Positions 1 through 8,269 of a stretch of 64,000 nt of DNA are shown here, in pieces (the stretch's first letter is position 1; each line of letters begins with the position of its first letter). Position numbers and translations under genes: made by a program. The stretch lies in sequence record OR228459.1. The stretch is one strand, 5' to 3'. The notes under the pieces were generated by a model. The model did not search any database. It had not been told where the DNA came from and saw nothing but the letters and a program-made list of their open reading frames with translations. The stretch comes from Klebsiella phage fENko-Kae01.

Positions 1-60
1 CTCCCGCAATAGAGTCGAAAAAGAAACTTCAGTTAGGTGATATTAAACTATAAATAAATT

Positions 61-177
61 TAGAATCTTACAGCAAATCTTATAAAATACATTTGACGTA
101 ATTAAAAAATAGATTCTAGTAAAACGAAATCCAACAGCAATTCAATTTTTTTCGGTATAAAAACAACAATGGATTTC
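61..177 (+). repeat. paired inverted repeats upstream of tRNA cluster (TAGAATCT/AGATTCTA and GAAATCCA/TGGATTTC); TTGACG inside first stem
   Basis: 8-bp inverted repeats read directly; a second copy of the AATCCAACAGCAATT...TGGATTCTA module lies upstream of tRNA-Leu at 6753-6807. Confidence 0.5.
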
Positions 178-182
178 AGTAT

Positions 183-257
183 CAGGGTGTGGGCAAGCGG
201 TATGCCATCTGTTTTGGGAACAGAAATTCGGGAGTTCGATCCTCTCCACCTTGACCA
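183..257 (+). tRNA. tRNA-Pro (anticodon TGG)
   Basis: Hand-folded cloverleaf: acceptor CAGGGTG/CACCTTG, D stem GGC/GCC, anticodon stem TCTGT/ACAGA with loop TTTGGGA, T arm GGGAG-TTCGATC-CTCTC, encoded CCA. Confidence 0.75.
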
Positions 258-261
258 ATTT

Positions 262-338
262 GGTTCGTTAGCTCAATAGGTTAGAGCAGGAAACTTTTAA
301 TTCTCAGGCTGGTGATTCGAGTTCACCACGATGTACCA
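262..338 (+). tRNA. tRNA-like, possibly degenerate tRNA-Lys (TTT)
   Basis: Canonical TA-GCTC-AATAGGTTA-GAGC D arm and GGTGA-TTCGAGT-TCACC T arm plus CCA, but acceptor pairs only 4-5 bp and anticodon stem has an A-C mismatch. Confidence 0.35.
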
Positions 339-339
339 T

Positions 340-414
340 ACTCCATTCGTCTATCGGTTAGGACGTTGGGTTTTCAACCCAAAAAGAACAGTTCAATTCT
401 GTTATGGAGTACCA
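340..414 (+). tRNA. tRNA-Glu (anticodon TTC)
   Basis: Acceptor ACTCCAT/ATGGAGT, anticodon stem TTGGG/CCCAA with loop TTTTCAA, T arm AACAG-TTCAATT-CTGTT, CCA encoded. Confidence 0.75.
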
Positions 415-477
415 CAATGTATAGAATCAACAATCTATATATAACGATATTAGAGCGTCTAGGAGCATAATATCTGC

Positions 478-549
478 ATATATAGTGAGTGGGATTGATA
501 AGAGGTTGATCGCTCTTTGATGTGGGTTCGATTCCTACTCTATATACCA
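478..549 (+). tRNA. tRNA-like element (T arm + CCA, unusual body)
   Basis: GTGGG-TTCGATT-CCTAC T arm, acceptor ATATATA/TCTATAT with 1 mismatch, CCA; perfect AAGAG/CTCTT stem encloses an 8-nt loop; no clean D arm. Confidence 0.3.
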
Positions 550-568
550 CACCTTATACGAGGTACTT

Positions 569-1066
569 ATGAAAGAACTAATTAAACAAAAATGTATGTT
601 CGAGTTATTAAGTACTGAAATCAATTCGGCTATAGTACTTGATGAACCAGAGTTTTGGATTCGTGATTACTATGACGTTCCAATGACCGTTCCCATCGAT
701 TCATACATGGATGATTATTGTACTACAATATTTCCAGATGAAGTCCATCTATTCACAAACAATTTTCATTTTATACATTATCCAAGTACTAAAGAAATCC
801 GCATATATCTTATGTTCCATTTCAATACTAGTGAATACGGTGTTCCACCTGAATACTATAGAGACGAATTACATGACAACATGGAATCATGTATTGCAAT
901 TAACTCGAATGGGTTTTGGTTCAGCGATGAGAATTACACATACAGTACTGAAGAAGAGATATTCCAACTATCCTGTACTGAATTGGGGTTCTACATTGAT
1001 ATAGTAGAACGTACTAAAGAATTCATTTATTCGGAGATTCAACGCCGTGAATGTAGAGAAGTATAG
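569..1066 (+). CDS. hypothetical protein
   Basis: 165-aa ORF, GAGG RBS before ATG, first gene after tRNA cluster. Confidence 0.6.
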   Translation: MKELIKQKCMFELLSTEINSAIVLDEPEFWIRDYYDVPMTVPIDSYMDDYCTTIFPDEVHLFTNNFHFIHYPSTKEIRIYLMFHFNTSEYGVPPEYYRDELHDNMESCIAINSNGFWFSDENYTYSTEEEIFQLSCTELGFYIDIVERTKEFIYSEIQRRECREV

Positions 1067-1454
1067 AGATTTTATAAAATACATGACTAACGCAGAGGAC
1101 TTGAAAATTTCAGTACTCGATGGTATTATGTACATTAATGTAGGAAGTATACGCTCTAACAGTATTGAGATTAACAATAACTATCATACTATTACTATGT
1201 ATGATTTGGATTGGGTTAGAGAAGAAACGAAAGAATCTACTAACAGTTCTGCATCTATGCTAGTAGCAGCGTTGAAAAATGCATCCCCTCCCAAATTGGA
1301 ATTCTATATTCCAATATCACAGGAAGATGAGTTCCAACAAAGTACTGCACGATTGGGATATATTCTACCGTATTCTTTAGTACCTTATGTTGATGAACTA
1401 GTAAAACGTGTTCATGATATAGTTGATGATTTTTATATTAAAGGAAGAGGTTAA
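1047..1454 (+). CDS. hypothetical protein
   Basis: 135-aa ORF overlapping previous stop; co-directional packing. Confidence 0.55.
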   Translation: MNVEKYRDFIKYMTNAEDLKISVLDGIMYINVGSIRSNSIEINNNYHTITMYDLDWVREETKESTNSSASMLVAALKNASPPKLEFYIPISQEDEFQQSTARLGYILPYSLVPYVDELVKRVHDIVDDFYIKGRG

Positions 1455-1455
1455 T

Positions 1456-1716
1456 ATGAAAGATATAAACGGTATTGAAATTACAGTTGGATGTACTTTA
1501 ATGTTTGCTGAACGTGAACCAGACAAGTGGAATCCACGTGATATGGTTTTCCATAAAGTTTCTAAAATCGATCCTGCTTTTGATGGTCGTATTATTTTTG
1601 AAGATCAAAATCAAAATAGTATCGCCTACAAGCAAAACATCACAACTTTACGTGTTGTTTCAGAAGGGTTTGTTGAGGCGTGGAAAAGTGGTGCGTTGTT
1701 TACGAGGGAATTCTAA
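1456..1716 (+). CDS. hypothetical protein
   Basis: Start trimmed to internal ATG (MKDING...) preceded by GGAAGAGG RBS. Confidence 0.55.
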   Translation: MKDINGIEITVGCTLMFAEREPDKWNPRDMVFHKVSKIDPAFDGRIIFEDQNQNSIAYKQNITTLRVVSEGFVEAWKSGALFTREF

Positions 1717-1955
1717 TGAGTAAGTACTTTGTACGCTATAGCTACGATGTAACCAATAAGGTTTCGCGTGGCGATGGTCTTGGATGGGGTTATGAAACAG
1801 AAAAAGTAACAGACTGTTGTGTTTGTGAAATTCCAGAAGAACGCATTGACATTTCTGAAGTACGTGATTACATACTTTCATACGAAGTAAATTATTTGGG
1901 TGATCGTAAGCCAGATGCTTATGATATTGACATTTTGGTGCTAAACAAACTATGA
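1716..1955 (+). CDS. hypothetical protein
   Basis: ATGA start/stop overlap with upstream gene (MSKYFVRY...); translational coupling. Confidence 0.5.
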   Translation: MSKYFVRYSYDVTNKVSRGDGLGWGYETEKVTDCCVCEIPEERIDISEVRDYILSYEVNYLGDRKPDAYDIDILVLNKL

Positions 1956-2164
1956 TTAACTATATTTTTTGTGTAAAGGGTGAAGGTATCGTTCCGGGTC
2001 TAACAGTTGTTCGTGCATATACAGAAACCGATGCTCTTGAAATGTTACGTGCTTAATTCACTAATCCTGATAACATTTCAATAAAACTTATTGAATGTAG
2101 TCAAGAGATATCATTTTTAAACTAGGATATATCACGAAATATTTTTAACGAAAAATGATAAAAT

Positions 2165-2197
2165 CTTGGGACAAAAACACATTCATGTGATATAATA
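2165..2197 (+). promoter_or_regulatory. class-G promoter: TTGGGACAAA -35-like box, TGTGATATAAT extended -10
   Basis: One of four near-identical copies (2165, 6597, 12910, 23900). Confidence 0.6.
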
Positions 2198-2219
2198 ATA
2201 TAGATACAAGAGGAACGAT

Positions 2220-2435
2220 ATGAAGATTAAAGATTTACGGTCTATGCTTGAACAGCACCCTGATGCAGAAATTGTCATTCAGACCACACCTTATGATGAT
2301 TATTCATTAGGAGATTGTGGGACAGCACATTTTTATAAAGCTGGGGATTTAGTCTTTGAACGTGGTGAAAGCCTAACGGAATTCATTGATGTTGAATTGA
2401 GTACAGCCCTTGTCGATATAATCGTTCTATCATAA
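2220..2435 (+). CDS. hypothetical protein
   Basis: 71-aa ORF with AGAGGAA RBS, immediately downstream of class-G promoter. Confidence 0.55.
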   Translation: MKIKDLRSMLEQHPDAEIVIQTTPYDDYSLGDCGTAHFYKAGDLVFERGESLTEFIDVELSTALVDIIVLS

Positions 2436-2468
2436 TTGTAAAATTGCTAATTGGAGAAACCAAAGAAT

Positions 2469-3050
2469 ATGAAGCTAAGTCTACGTAAAGCACACCGTCT
2501 AGTTAAAGATCTACAGAACCACCTAAGTGTTCGTGATCAACCTCAAACCATCCACCACAGTGCTGATGAGCAAGAGATTCTAGACACCATCGCTCTTGTT
2601 GAATCACGTAATGCAGAAGCAGTATATACTGCACTACACGTGGTTGAAGCTATCAGTGCAATTCGTGCTGGCGTTCAAGTATTGAATGCGAAAGAAGTAG
2701 ACGGTGATAGCGTTGATTCTTTGTTGAATCAAAAAGTTAAAATTGAATCCAAAATGCGTGTACTAGCAGCATTTGCGGTTGCACCAAAAGATACTCAGGA
2801 GAAGCGTGTACTTGCTATTAAACGTCAAGTACAAGACGCAGCATCTAATGCAGGACAGATGTACTCCAATAGTGATGTTGTTGTTCGTGGTCAGAGTATC
2901 AGTACTCAGCAACATCTAAACGATCTTTATGTTGCACTAAAGCAGGAACAAGAAGCAGTTAGTGATAAACTAGCTTATATCAACAATCTACTACAAGTAG
3001 AGATTGATGATAGCTACGCTGACTTGTTCAAGAAACTACAAGTTCTATAA
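2469..3050 (+). CDS. hypothetical protein
   Basis: ORF start moved to ATG (MKLSLRK...) after GGAGAAA RBS; ORF-track start is TTG. Confidence 0.6.
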   Translation: MKLSLRKAHRLVKDLQNHLSVRDQPQTIHHSADEQEILDTIALVESRNAEAVYTALHVVEAISAIRAGVQVLNAKEVDGDSVDSLLNQKVKIESKMRVLAAFAVAPKDTQEKRVLAIKRQVQDAASNAGQMYSNSDVVVRGQSISTQQHLNDLYVALKQEQEAVSDKLAYINNLLQVEIDDSYADLFKKLQVL

Positions 3051-3528
3051 GGTCGCTTAACCGCTGACCTCCTTACCGATAGAGCAATCGAAAAGCTATT
3101 TTTCGATACTACATGGTATGAAATGTTACTTTGAAAAAAAAGACATTTTATAAACAAAAGAGTTTGCTCCGTAATAGATGACAGATAATTAATCTTGCTT
3201 GGTTGTGGAAACGGTATAACTCGATTGCTCAGTTGAATGGTTGAAGTGTTGCATTGTTGCTTCGCTCTATCGGTACGTATTTTGGCTACGCTTTGATGTA
3301 AATAAAGTGTAGCACTTTTAAGTAAAATAAAATATTAAAACTGTGCGGTTGTAACCAGTACTGGAATTATACTTAGGGAAGTAGTGATCCAATAGTACCA
3401 GTAGTCTTAGGACTTTCACGAGGCCAGCACGAATAGGATCACAACCCATTCGTACACGTAGAGTTGGCAGAAAACGGGTAAGTAGTCATTTACTGGTTAA
3501 GGTGGCCTTACATTCAGGAACTAAAATT

Positions 3529-3604
3529 GCGTCTATCGTATAGTGGCCTAATATCACTGGTTTCCACCCAGTAGACCGGGATTCGAATTCCCGTAGACGC
3601 TCCA
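3529..3604 (+). tRNA. tRNA-Gly (anticodon TCC)
   Basis: Acceptor GCGTCTA/TAGACGC, D stem GTAT/ATAT, anticodon stem ACTGG/CCAGT with loop TTTCCAC, T arm CGGGA-TTCGAAT-TCCCG, CCA. Confidence 0.8.
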
Positions 3605-3637
3605 CACTAAATACTCATAGAATCCTAAGAGGACAAT

Positions 3638-4330
3638 ATGATGAATCTAAAAGAATTACAAGAATCAATCTCTTCTATAATGGAAGGGAAAATCGGAACC
3701 TTCTATCATGGAAGTACTTCAAACATTAAAAGTTTTGTTGATGACTTCGTAGGTAAAGGAAACGATGAATATGGCCCCGGAATATACTTCTCGAATAGAG
3801 AATGGATTGCGAGGGGTTATGCTGAACCTAACGGCTATATATATCGCTGTGATTTAGATTTTAGGAATGAATTAAGTGCTTACACTAAGTTCAATTTAGA
3901 TCACATTAAAACATTAATTGCTAAATCACCGGATGAATACGCAGCTACTAATTGGGATGAGGACGAGGCGAAAGCACATCGTATCGCATTGCAAAATTAT
4001 CTAGATTCGTATGATCATAATATGCTGGAGATTTTTATGCAAATTTGGGCAGATTGGTACATGGACTATCCGGTTGATTTTGTTCGCAATATAGTTGCTA
4101 TGGGGTATGATGGTTCGGTACACAATCTAGGTAATCCAGATGTGGATGGTATTACGGATGACACGTTGTATATTGTTGTCTATAATCCAAAATCAATTAA
4201 ATTAATTGAATCATATCCTTACCAACGAACGGTAGAAAAACCTAAAGAACCCGAAAAGGTTCAACCACATACATTTGTGACAAACTCACATGGTAGTGAT
4301 GATATCCCTCTCCAAACTACCAAATCTTAA
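3638..4330 (+). CDS. conserved phage protein with YHGST...GxGxYxxN motif (paralog of partial gene at 63532)
   Basis: 230 aa; FYHGSTSN...GPGIYFSNREW resembles IYHGSTRF...GVGLYCTNAYLW of the 63532 ORF. Confidence 0.65.
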   Translation: MMNLKELQESISSIMEGKIGTFYHGSTSNIKSFVDDFVGKGNDEYGPGIYFSNREWIARGYAEPNGYIYRCDLDFRNELSAYTKFNLDHIKTLIAKSPDEYAATNWDEDEAKAHRIALQNYLDSYDHNMLEIFMQIWADWYMDYPVDFVRNIVAMGYDGSVHNLGNPDVDGITDDTLYIVVYNPKSIKLIESYPYQRTVEKPKEPEKVQPHTFVTNSHGSDDIPLQTTKS

Positions 4331-4352
4331 TGCATACGCATTATGTCTTTTT

Positions 4353-4388
4353 GCCGATAGTATTATCATCTACTATCGGCTTTTTTTC
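4353..4388 (+). terminator. rho-independent terminator
   Basis: GCCGATAGTA-loop-TACTATCGGC stem followed by T7. Confidence 0.7.
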
Positions 4389-4412
4389 ATCCTAATTAAT
4401 AGGAGTACAAAA

Positions 4413-4904
4413 ATGACAACTGAAAAATTTGTTCAGTACTTTTTGAATATCATCAATGTAAATAAAACATTTGATTTAGATACTTGGTTAGATACTTCTG
4501 GCTATCCAAAACTGTATGAAGGGGGTGTAATCAAAAGTACTCTACCCTTGAAAAAAGGAGTATTACCACAATCCCTGTTCATTGCTGGCAAAAGAAATTT
4601 ATTCATGGGTATTATGGATTATGATGATGCACATGATCATGATGTTGATTTAAATTATGATTTCCAAACCCAAGTACTAACAATTAATTTCACTGATATT
4701 ACAACTCATAATGATGCATATGCAGAAGATGAGAACATGAATGACTATACTCTTAATGTGAAACTATTCGATGATGACGGTGAATTCTTTCAAGAGAATA
4801 CAGTAACTGATTTACCATTTGAATTTGAAGTACAAAAGAAAATGAAAGTATTCTTTGATGCTATGTATGATGGTTTCTGCAATAAGAAGGTATTAATAAA
4901 ATGA
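4413..4904 (+). CDS. hypothetical acidic protein
   Basis: Start trimmed to ATG (MTTEKF...) after TAGGAG RBS; ORF-track start lies inside terminator. Confidence 0.6.
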   Translation: MTTEKFVQYFLNIINVNKTFDLDTWLDTSGYPKLYEGGVIKSTLPLKKGVLPQSLFIAGKRNLFMGIMDYDDAHDHDVDLNYDFQTQVLTINFTDITTHNDAYAEDENMNDYTLNVKLFDDDGEFFQENTVTDLPFEFEVQKKMKVFFDAMYDGFCNKKVLIK

Positions 4905-5383
4905 ATAATAAAATATATGTCATGCCTGATAAAGTTATTGAATTAATTTGGGAAAAGGTTGAGTACTATAAGGCATTGGAAATACTTTCATATGACCAAG
5001 TTGTTTTTAACAATCGTGGGGTGAATAATGAGATTTATACTAGCAAGAAGTTCCACGACTTAGAATGTTTTCAGAATCCAAAAACAGGTGAATATAGCAT
5101 TACAATACTAAGTAATGCACTCATGGAACTATACTTCTTTGCAAATCAACTAACAGAAGAACCTGATAATGGTTATTATCTAGAAATAGAGTATAGATAT
5201 AATACAAATTGGGTACGAATGTCTACACACATTTATGAGTCAGAAGAAGAGTACTTTATGCAAAGTACTGTAGAAAATTTACAACTAAGTATCGACCGTA
5301 ATTTTAAAGTTGCTAGCTTTATGGCACAACTTAAAGAGTTGATCAGATTGAGGGCTATTGAACATGGAAAATCAACATCGTAA
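4901..5383 (+). CDS. hypothetical protein
   Basis: 160-aa ORF, ATGA overlap with upstream gene. Confidence 0.6.
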   Translation: MNNKIYVMPDKVIELIWEKVEYYKALEILSYDQVVFNNRGVNNEIYTSKKFHDLECFQNPKTGEYSITILSNALMELYFFANQLTEEPDNGYYLEIEYRYNTNWVRMSTHIYESEEEYFMQSTVENLQLSIDRNFKVASFMAQLKELIRLRAIEHGKSTS

Positions 5384-5588
5384 AATCAAAGGTTATCGAG
5401 AGCTAACCGAAGATGAAATTAAAAACATGAATGACGTTAAAGAGCTTGCTGCACAAGTTGGTGAACTAATTGAACGGCTAGGGGATTCCCCTGATATCGA
5501 CCGCCGCTGGTTGAATATCGCTAAGACCGATTTACAGAAAGGTTTTATGAGTGCTGTACGCAGCATTGCAAAACCAGATTCATTCTAA
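5358..5588 (+). CDS. hypothetical protein
   Basis: 76-aa ORF overlapping previous gene end. Confidence 0.45.
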   Translation: MNMENQHRKIKGYRELTEDEIKNMNDVKELAAQVGELIERLGDSPDIDRRWLNIAKTDLQKGFMSAVRSIAKPDSF

Positions 5589-5596
5589 AACAACAC

Positions 5597-5640
5597 TTGA
5601 CTTACATCCTTCACTAACGTATAATTAGTGAAGGTTTTTT
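5597..5640 (+). promoter_or_regulatory. terminator hairpin with embedded promoter (TTGACT-N17-TATAAT; -10 in hairpin loop)
   Basis: CTTCACTAA-CGTATAA-TTAGTGAAG stem-loop + T6; -10 hexamer sits in the loop. Confidence 0.55.
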
Positions 5641-5664
5641 AATTGAGAAATTGATGGAGGGGAA

Positions 5665-6150
5665 ATGAAATTTGATCCAGAAAGGTTATTACTGTTATTG
5701 CAAGTTCTATCGATCCCAACAAATACAAGTATGGTTAGTTTCAATCCAGTAAAGCCAATGAATCTTAAAAATGGAGATTCTGTTAAATATCCTAGTATGT
5801 CATTTGGCATCAACAAATCTCATAACTTTACTAGTACTGATATGTATTGCATGTTGATTGTAAAAAATGATTCAACATCAGATTATTGTTGTACTTGGTG
5901 GTTTACTAATGATAAGTTCATGTTATCTCTTATTGATAATGATGACAACGAAGATCCAGAAATGACAAGAAATATTTCTGATACTGTAGCTATGGGTAAT
6001 TTCCATAAATCAGAAGAAGAACATTTCCAAAAAGACTGTTTATCAGGAACTCCTATTACTTGGGAACTTGAGGTGACAGTAAAAGAATGTCTTTCTAATC
6101 TAAAATCTTTTTATAATGCAGCATTAGCCGAATGGAATGGTGTACTATGA
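5665..6150 (+). CDS. hypothetical protein
   Basis: 161-aa ORF, GGAGGGGAAATG RBS. Confidence 0.6.
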   Translation: MKFDPERLLLLLQVLSIPTNTSMVSFNPVKPMNLKNGDSVKYPSMSFGINKSHNFTSTDMYCMLIVKNDSTSDYCCTWWFTNDKFMLSLIDNDDNEDPEMTRNISDTVAMGNFHKSEEEHFQKDCLSGTPITWELEVTVKECLSNLKSFYNAALAEWNGVL

Positions 6151-6593
6151 ACACAACATTGATAAGACCTGAAGTACTGAAACATGTAAAGGGAAGATAT
6201 AAGGGAATTTCCAAAAATGATTTAAATTCATTTCCAGAAACCGAATTACTTGATAGTGAACAATTACTTTCTTACGGGGATCAAAATCACGGTTATTACT
6301 TTGACTTAGGTATTGATATGGGTAGTAACAAGGAAATTGGTTTTGAAGGTTCAATCACTCAATTTGAATTCAAACTTGTTGAGTACACGCAAATTGACAC
6401 TAAACCAAATTCGTTTAAGATTGATTTAACTTTATTTGATGGGGCATTAACCGAAGAAGTCTTTTTTCAATTCAGTACTATAGAAGATTTTTATGGCTTG
6501 ACATTCGAACAGCTTCGGGTTATCATAGAAATACGTGATGAAATTAAAAATCGCATTCCTCATTGGGGTATTAATCCTAAAGAAAAACTTTAA
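6147..6593 (+). CDS. hypothetical protein
   Basis: Start set to ATGA-overlap ATG (MNTTLIRP...). Confidence 0.55.
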   Translation: MNTTLIRPEVLKHVKGRYKGISKNDLNSFPETELLDSEQLLSYGDQNHGYYFDLGIDMGSNKEIGFEGSITQFEFKLVEYTQIDTKPNSFKIDLTLFDGALTEEVFFQFSTIEDFYGLTFEQLRVIIEIRDEIKNRIPHWGINPKEKL

Positions 6594-6596
6594 AAA

Positions 6597-6629
6597 GTTG
6601 GGACAAACTTAGAAAAATGTGATATAATA
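6597..6629 (+). promoter_or_regulatory. class-G promoter (TTGGGACAAA ... TGTGATATAAT) driving tRNA operon
   Basis: Near-identical to the 2165 copy. Confidence 0.6.
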
Positions 6630-6664
6630 TTATTATCAGGACGGTAAGATATTCTGGTAAAATT

Positions 6665-6747
6665 TAGTTGAGTAGCTTAAGGGAGAGCAGCAGGTAATAA
6701 CGATAAGATCACCTGTCAGTGTGGATTTAAACACCACCTCAACAACA
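6665..6747 (+). tRNA. tRNA-like element with enlarged anticodon loop (pseudo-tRNA?)
   Basis: AGTTGAG/CTCAACA acceptor, TA-GCTT-AAGGGA-GAGC D arm, GCAGG/CCTGT stem around a 17-nt loop, GTGG-9nt-CCAC T-like arm, CAC instead of CCA. Confidence 0.25.
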
Positions 6748-6752
6748 CAATT

Positions 6753-6807
6753 TAGAATCCAACAGCAATTTTATTCAATCGATTATATGAAAACAAAATG
6801 GATTCTA
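6753..6807 (+). repeat. conserved pre-tRNA leader hairpin (TAGAATCCA...TGGATTCTA)
   Basis: Second copy of module seen at 61-177, directly upstream of tRNA-Leu. Confidence 0.5.
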
Positions 6808-6812
6808 GCTTT

Positions 6813-6895
6813 GCGGGTATGGGGGAACTGGTAGACCCGACGTGCTTAAAACACGTTTCGCAAGAGTGAGGATTCGAATTCCTCTACCCGCACCA
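6813..6895 (+). tRNA. tRNA-Leu (anticodon TAA), long variable arm
   Basis: Acceptor GCGGGTA/TACCCGC, anticodon stem ACGTG/CACGT with loop CTTAAAA, 13-nt variable arm, T arm GAGGA-TTCGAAT-TCCTC, CCA. Confidence 0.8.
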
Positions 6896-6947
6896 CATTT
6901 TATAAGAAACCACCACGTGGTTATTGGATGAAAAAATGATAAGTTTT

Positions 6948-6976
6948 AGGGAAGCAAATGCTTCCCTTTTCTTTTG
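6948..6976 (+). terminator. rho-independent terminator after tRNA operon
   Basis: AGGGAAGC-AAAT-GCTTCCCT + TTTTCTTTT. Confidence 0.7.
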
Positions 6977-6986
6977 AGGATGAAGT

Positions 6987-7409
6987 ATGAAATTCAGTGA
7001 AAAAGAAATTGAATTCGTTCGTAAGTTAATTAAAACAATCAACAGGAACCCCGAAAGTGAATATTCACGAGGGGGTTATCGTTATAATTTTTGGACATGT
7101 ACAGGTGAACAAACAGAGAGAAAAAATTGTCATAATATAACATTATACAGCGAAGATGATTTATGGGGAGCTAATTTCGATATATACACAGATCGGATAG
7201 AAATCATTGTAGACTATGAAGATCATAGATGGGATCACACAATATATACTACGGAATTTAGTACTGTATCAGAAGAAGAATTATTCCAACAAAGCATTAT
7301 TCAAGATTTTTCTATGTTTGATGAATATCCTGATGTATTAGAACACTTATTAAAATACTCGGTTGAAGTGAGGTCTAATCTTGAAAAAGCCAATGCAATA
7401 CTCCAGTGA
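6987..7409 (+). CDS. hypothetical protein
   Basis: 140-aa ORF, GAGGATGAAGTATG RBS. Confidence 0.6.
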   Translation: MKFSEKEIEFVRKLIKTINRNPESEYSRGGYRYNFWTCTGEQTERKNCHNITLYSEDDLWGANFDIYTDRIEIIVDYEDHRWDHTIYTTEFSTVSEEELFQQSIIQDFSMFDEYPDVLEHLLKYSVEVRSNLEKANAILQ

Positions 7410-7896
7410 ATTAGATAAGAAGCAACGTGAGGTAATACTTCGGCAGTACTTTGATAATGCAATAAAAACTGCTGAGTACATGATTAGTACTGGAACTGAT
7501 GTAATGAATAATAATGAACAAACAACTTTAGAAGAAGCAAAGTTGTGGTGTTTATTACATAAGAATCATTATGCGATAACATTTTATGATAATGACATTG
7601 GAAGTCAAGATATAAGAAAAGCTACTAACTTTGCTATTGAGTTCCCAGAAGATGAAGTATTTGAACGTAGTGCTGCTGTTATTGATGTATTTCCTGACCG
7701 TATTCTTTTATGTAACGAACTATGTGATGATGTACCATTGTCAGAAATTGACATTTCGTTCAATGAACTTGATGAAGGGTATCATTTTCAGATGGAAGCA
7801 ACGCTTGAAATATTTCCATTTACATTTGAACAATTCAAGACGTTATTTGGTATAGCAAAAAAACTAAAACAGCCATTGACAAAATTGGAATCCTAG
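7393..7896 (+). CDS. hypothetical protein
   Basis: Start moved to first ATG (MQYSSEL...); overlaps upstream gene by 17 nt. Confidence 0.55.
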   Translation: MQYSSELDKKQREVILRQYFDNAIKTAEYMISTGTDVMNNNEQTTLEEAKLWCLLHKNHYAITFYDNDIGSQDIRKATNFAIEFPEDEVFERSAAVIDVFPDRILLCNELCDDVPLSEIDISFNELDEGYHFQMEATLEIFPFTFEQFKTLFGIAKKLKQPLTKLES

Positions 7897-7938
7897 TGTA
7901 TCATGGTATAAAATGATAAACATCAATAAGGAAAACGA

Positions 7939-8268
7939 ATGTCTAAACATATTGAACCACATGAATTAGCAATGCGTCTTGTAAAATCCATTGTCAAACG
8001 TGATTTAGGTGATCCAATTCTGGATGAGTACTACGAACATGGAATTGATAAATTCACGGAAATATTAAGCCGGATGCATAATAATAAAGAAGAAGATATT
8101 CGTGCGACTTTATATGATATGGTTAAATTCAATAAATTATTTGACATGCAAGAAGAATACGAAAAAGAAAATGTAATATATTGGATGTTAGTAATTACCT
8201 TTGGTAATGGATTTGATTTGGAATATTTTGATGAAGGTATTCTATGCAATTCTCGTGCAGAGGTATAA
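7939..8268 (+). CDS. hypothetical protein
   Basis: 109-aa ORF, AAGGAAAACGAATG RBS. Confidence 0.55.
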   Translation: MSKHIEPHELAMRLVKSIVKRDLGDPILDEYYEHGIDKFTEILSRMHNNKEEDIRATLYDMVKFNKLFDMQEEYEKENVIYWMLVITFGNGFDLEYFDEGILCNSRAEV

Positions 8269-8269
8269 T

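Noticed and set aside
262-338. Considered calling this a normal tRNA-Lys
   Set aside because: Acceptor stem cannot form more than 4-5 pairs and anticodon stem has an A-C mismatch. Kept only as low-confidence tRNA-like.
711-1177. Internal/antisense ORFs 711-1004 (+) and 968-1177 (-)
   Set aside because: Nested inside better-supported ORFs 569-1066 and 1047-1454. No RBS.
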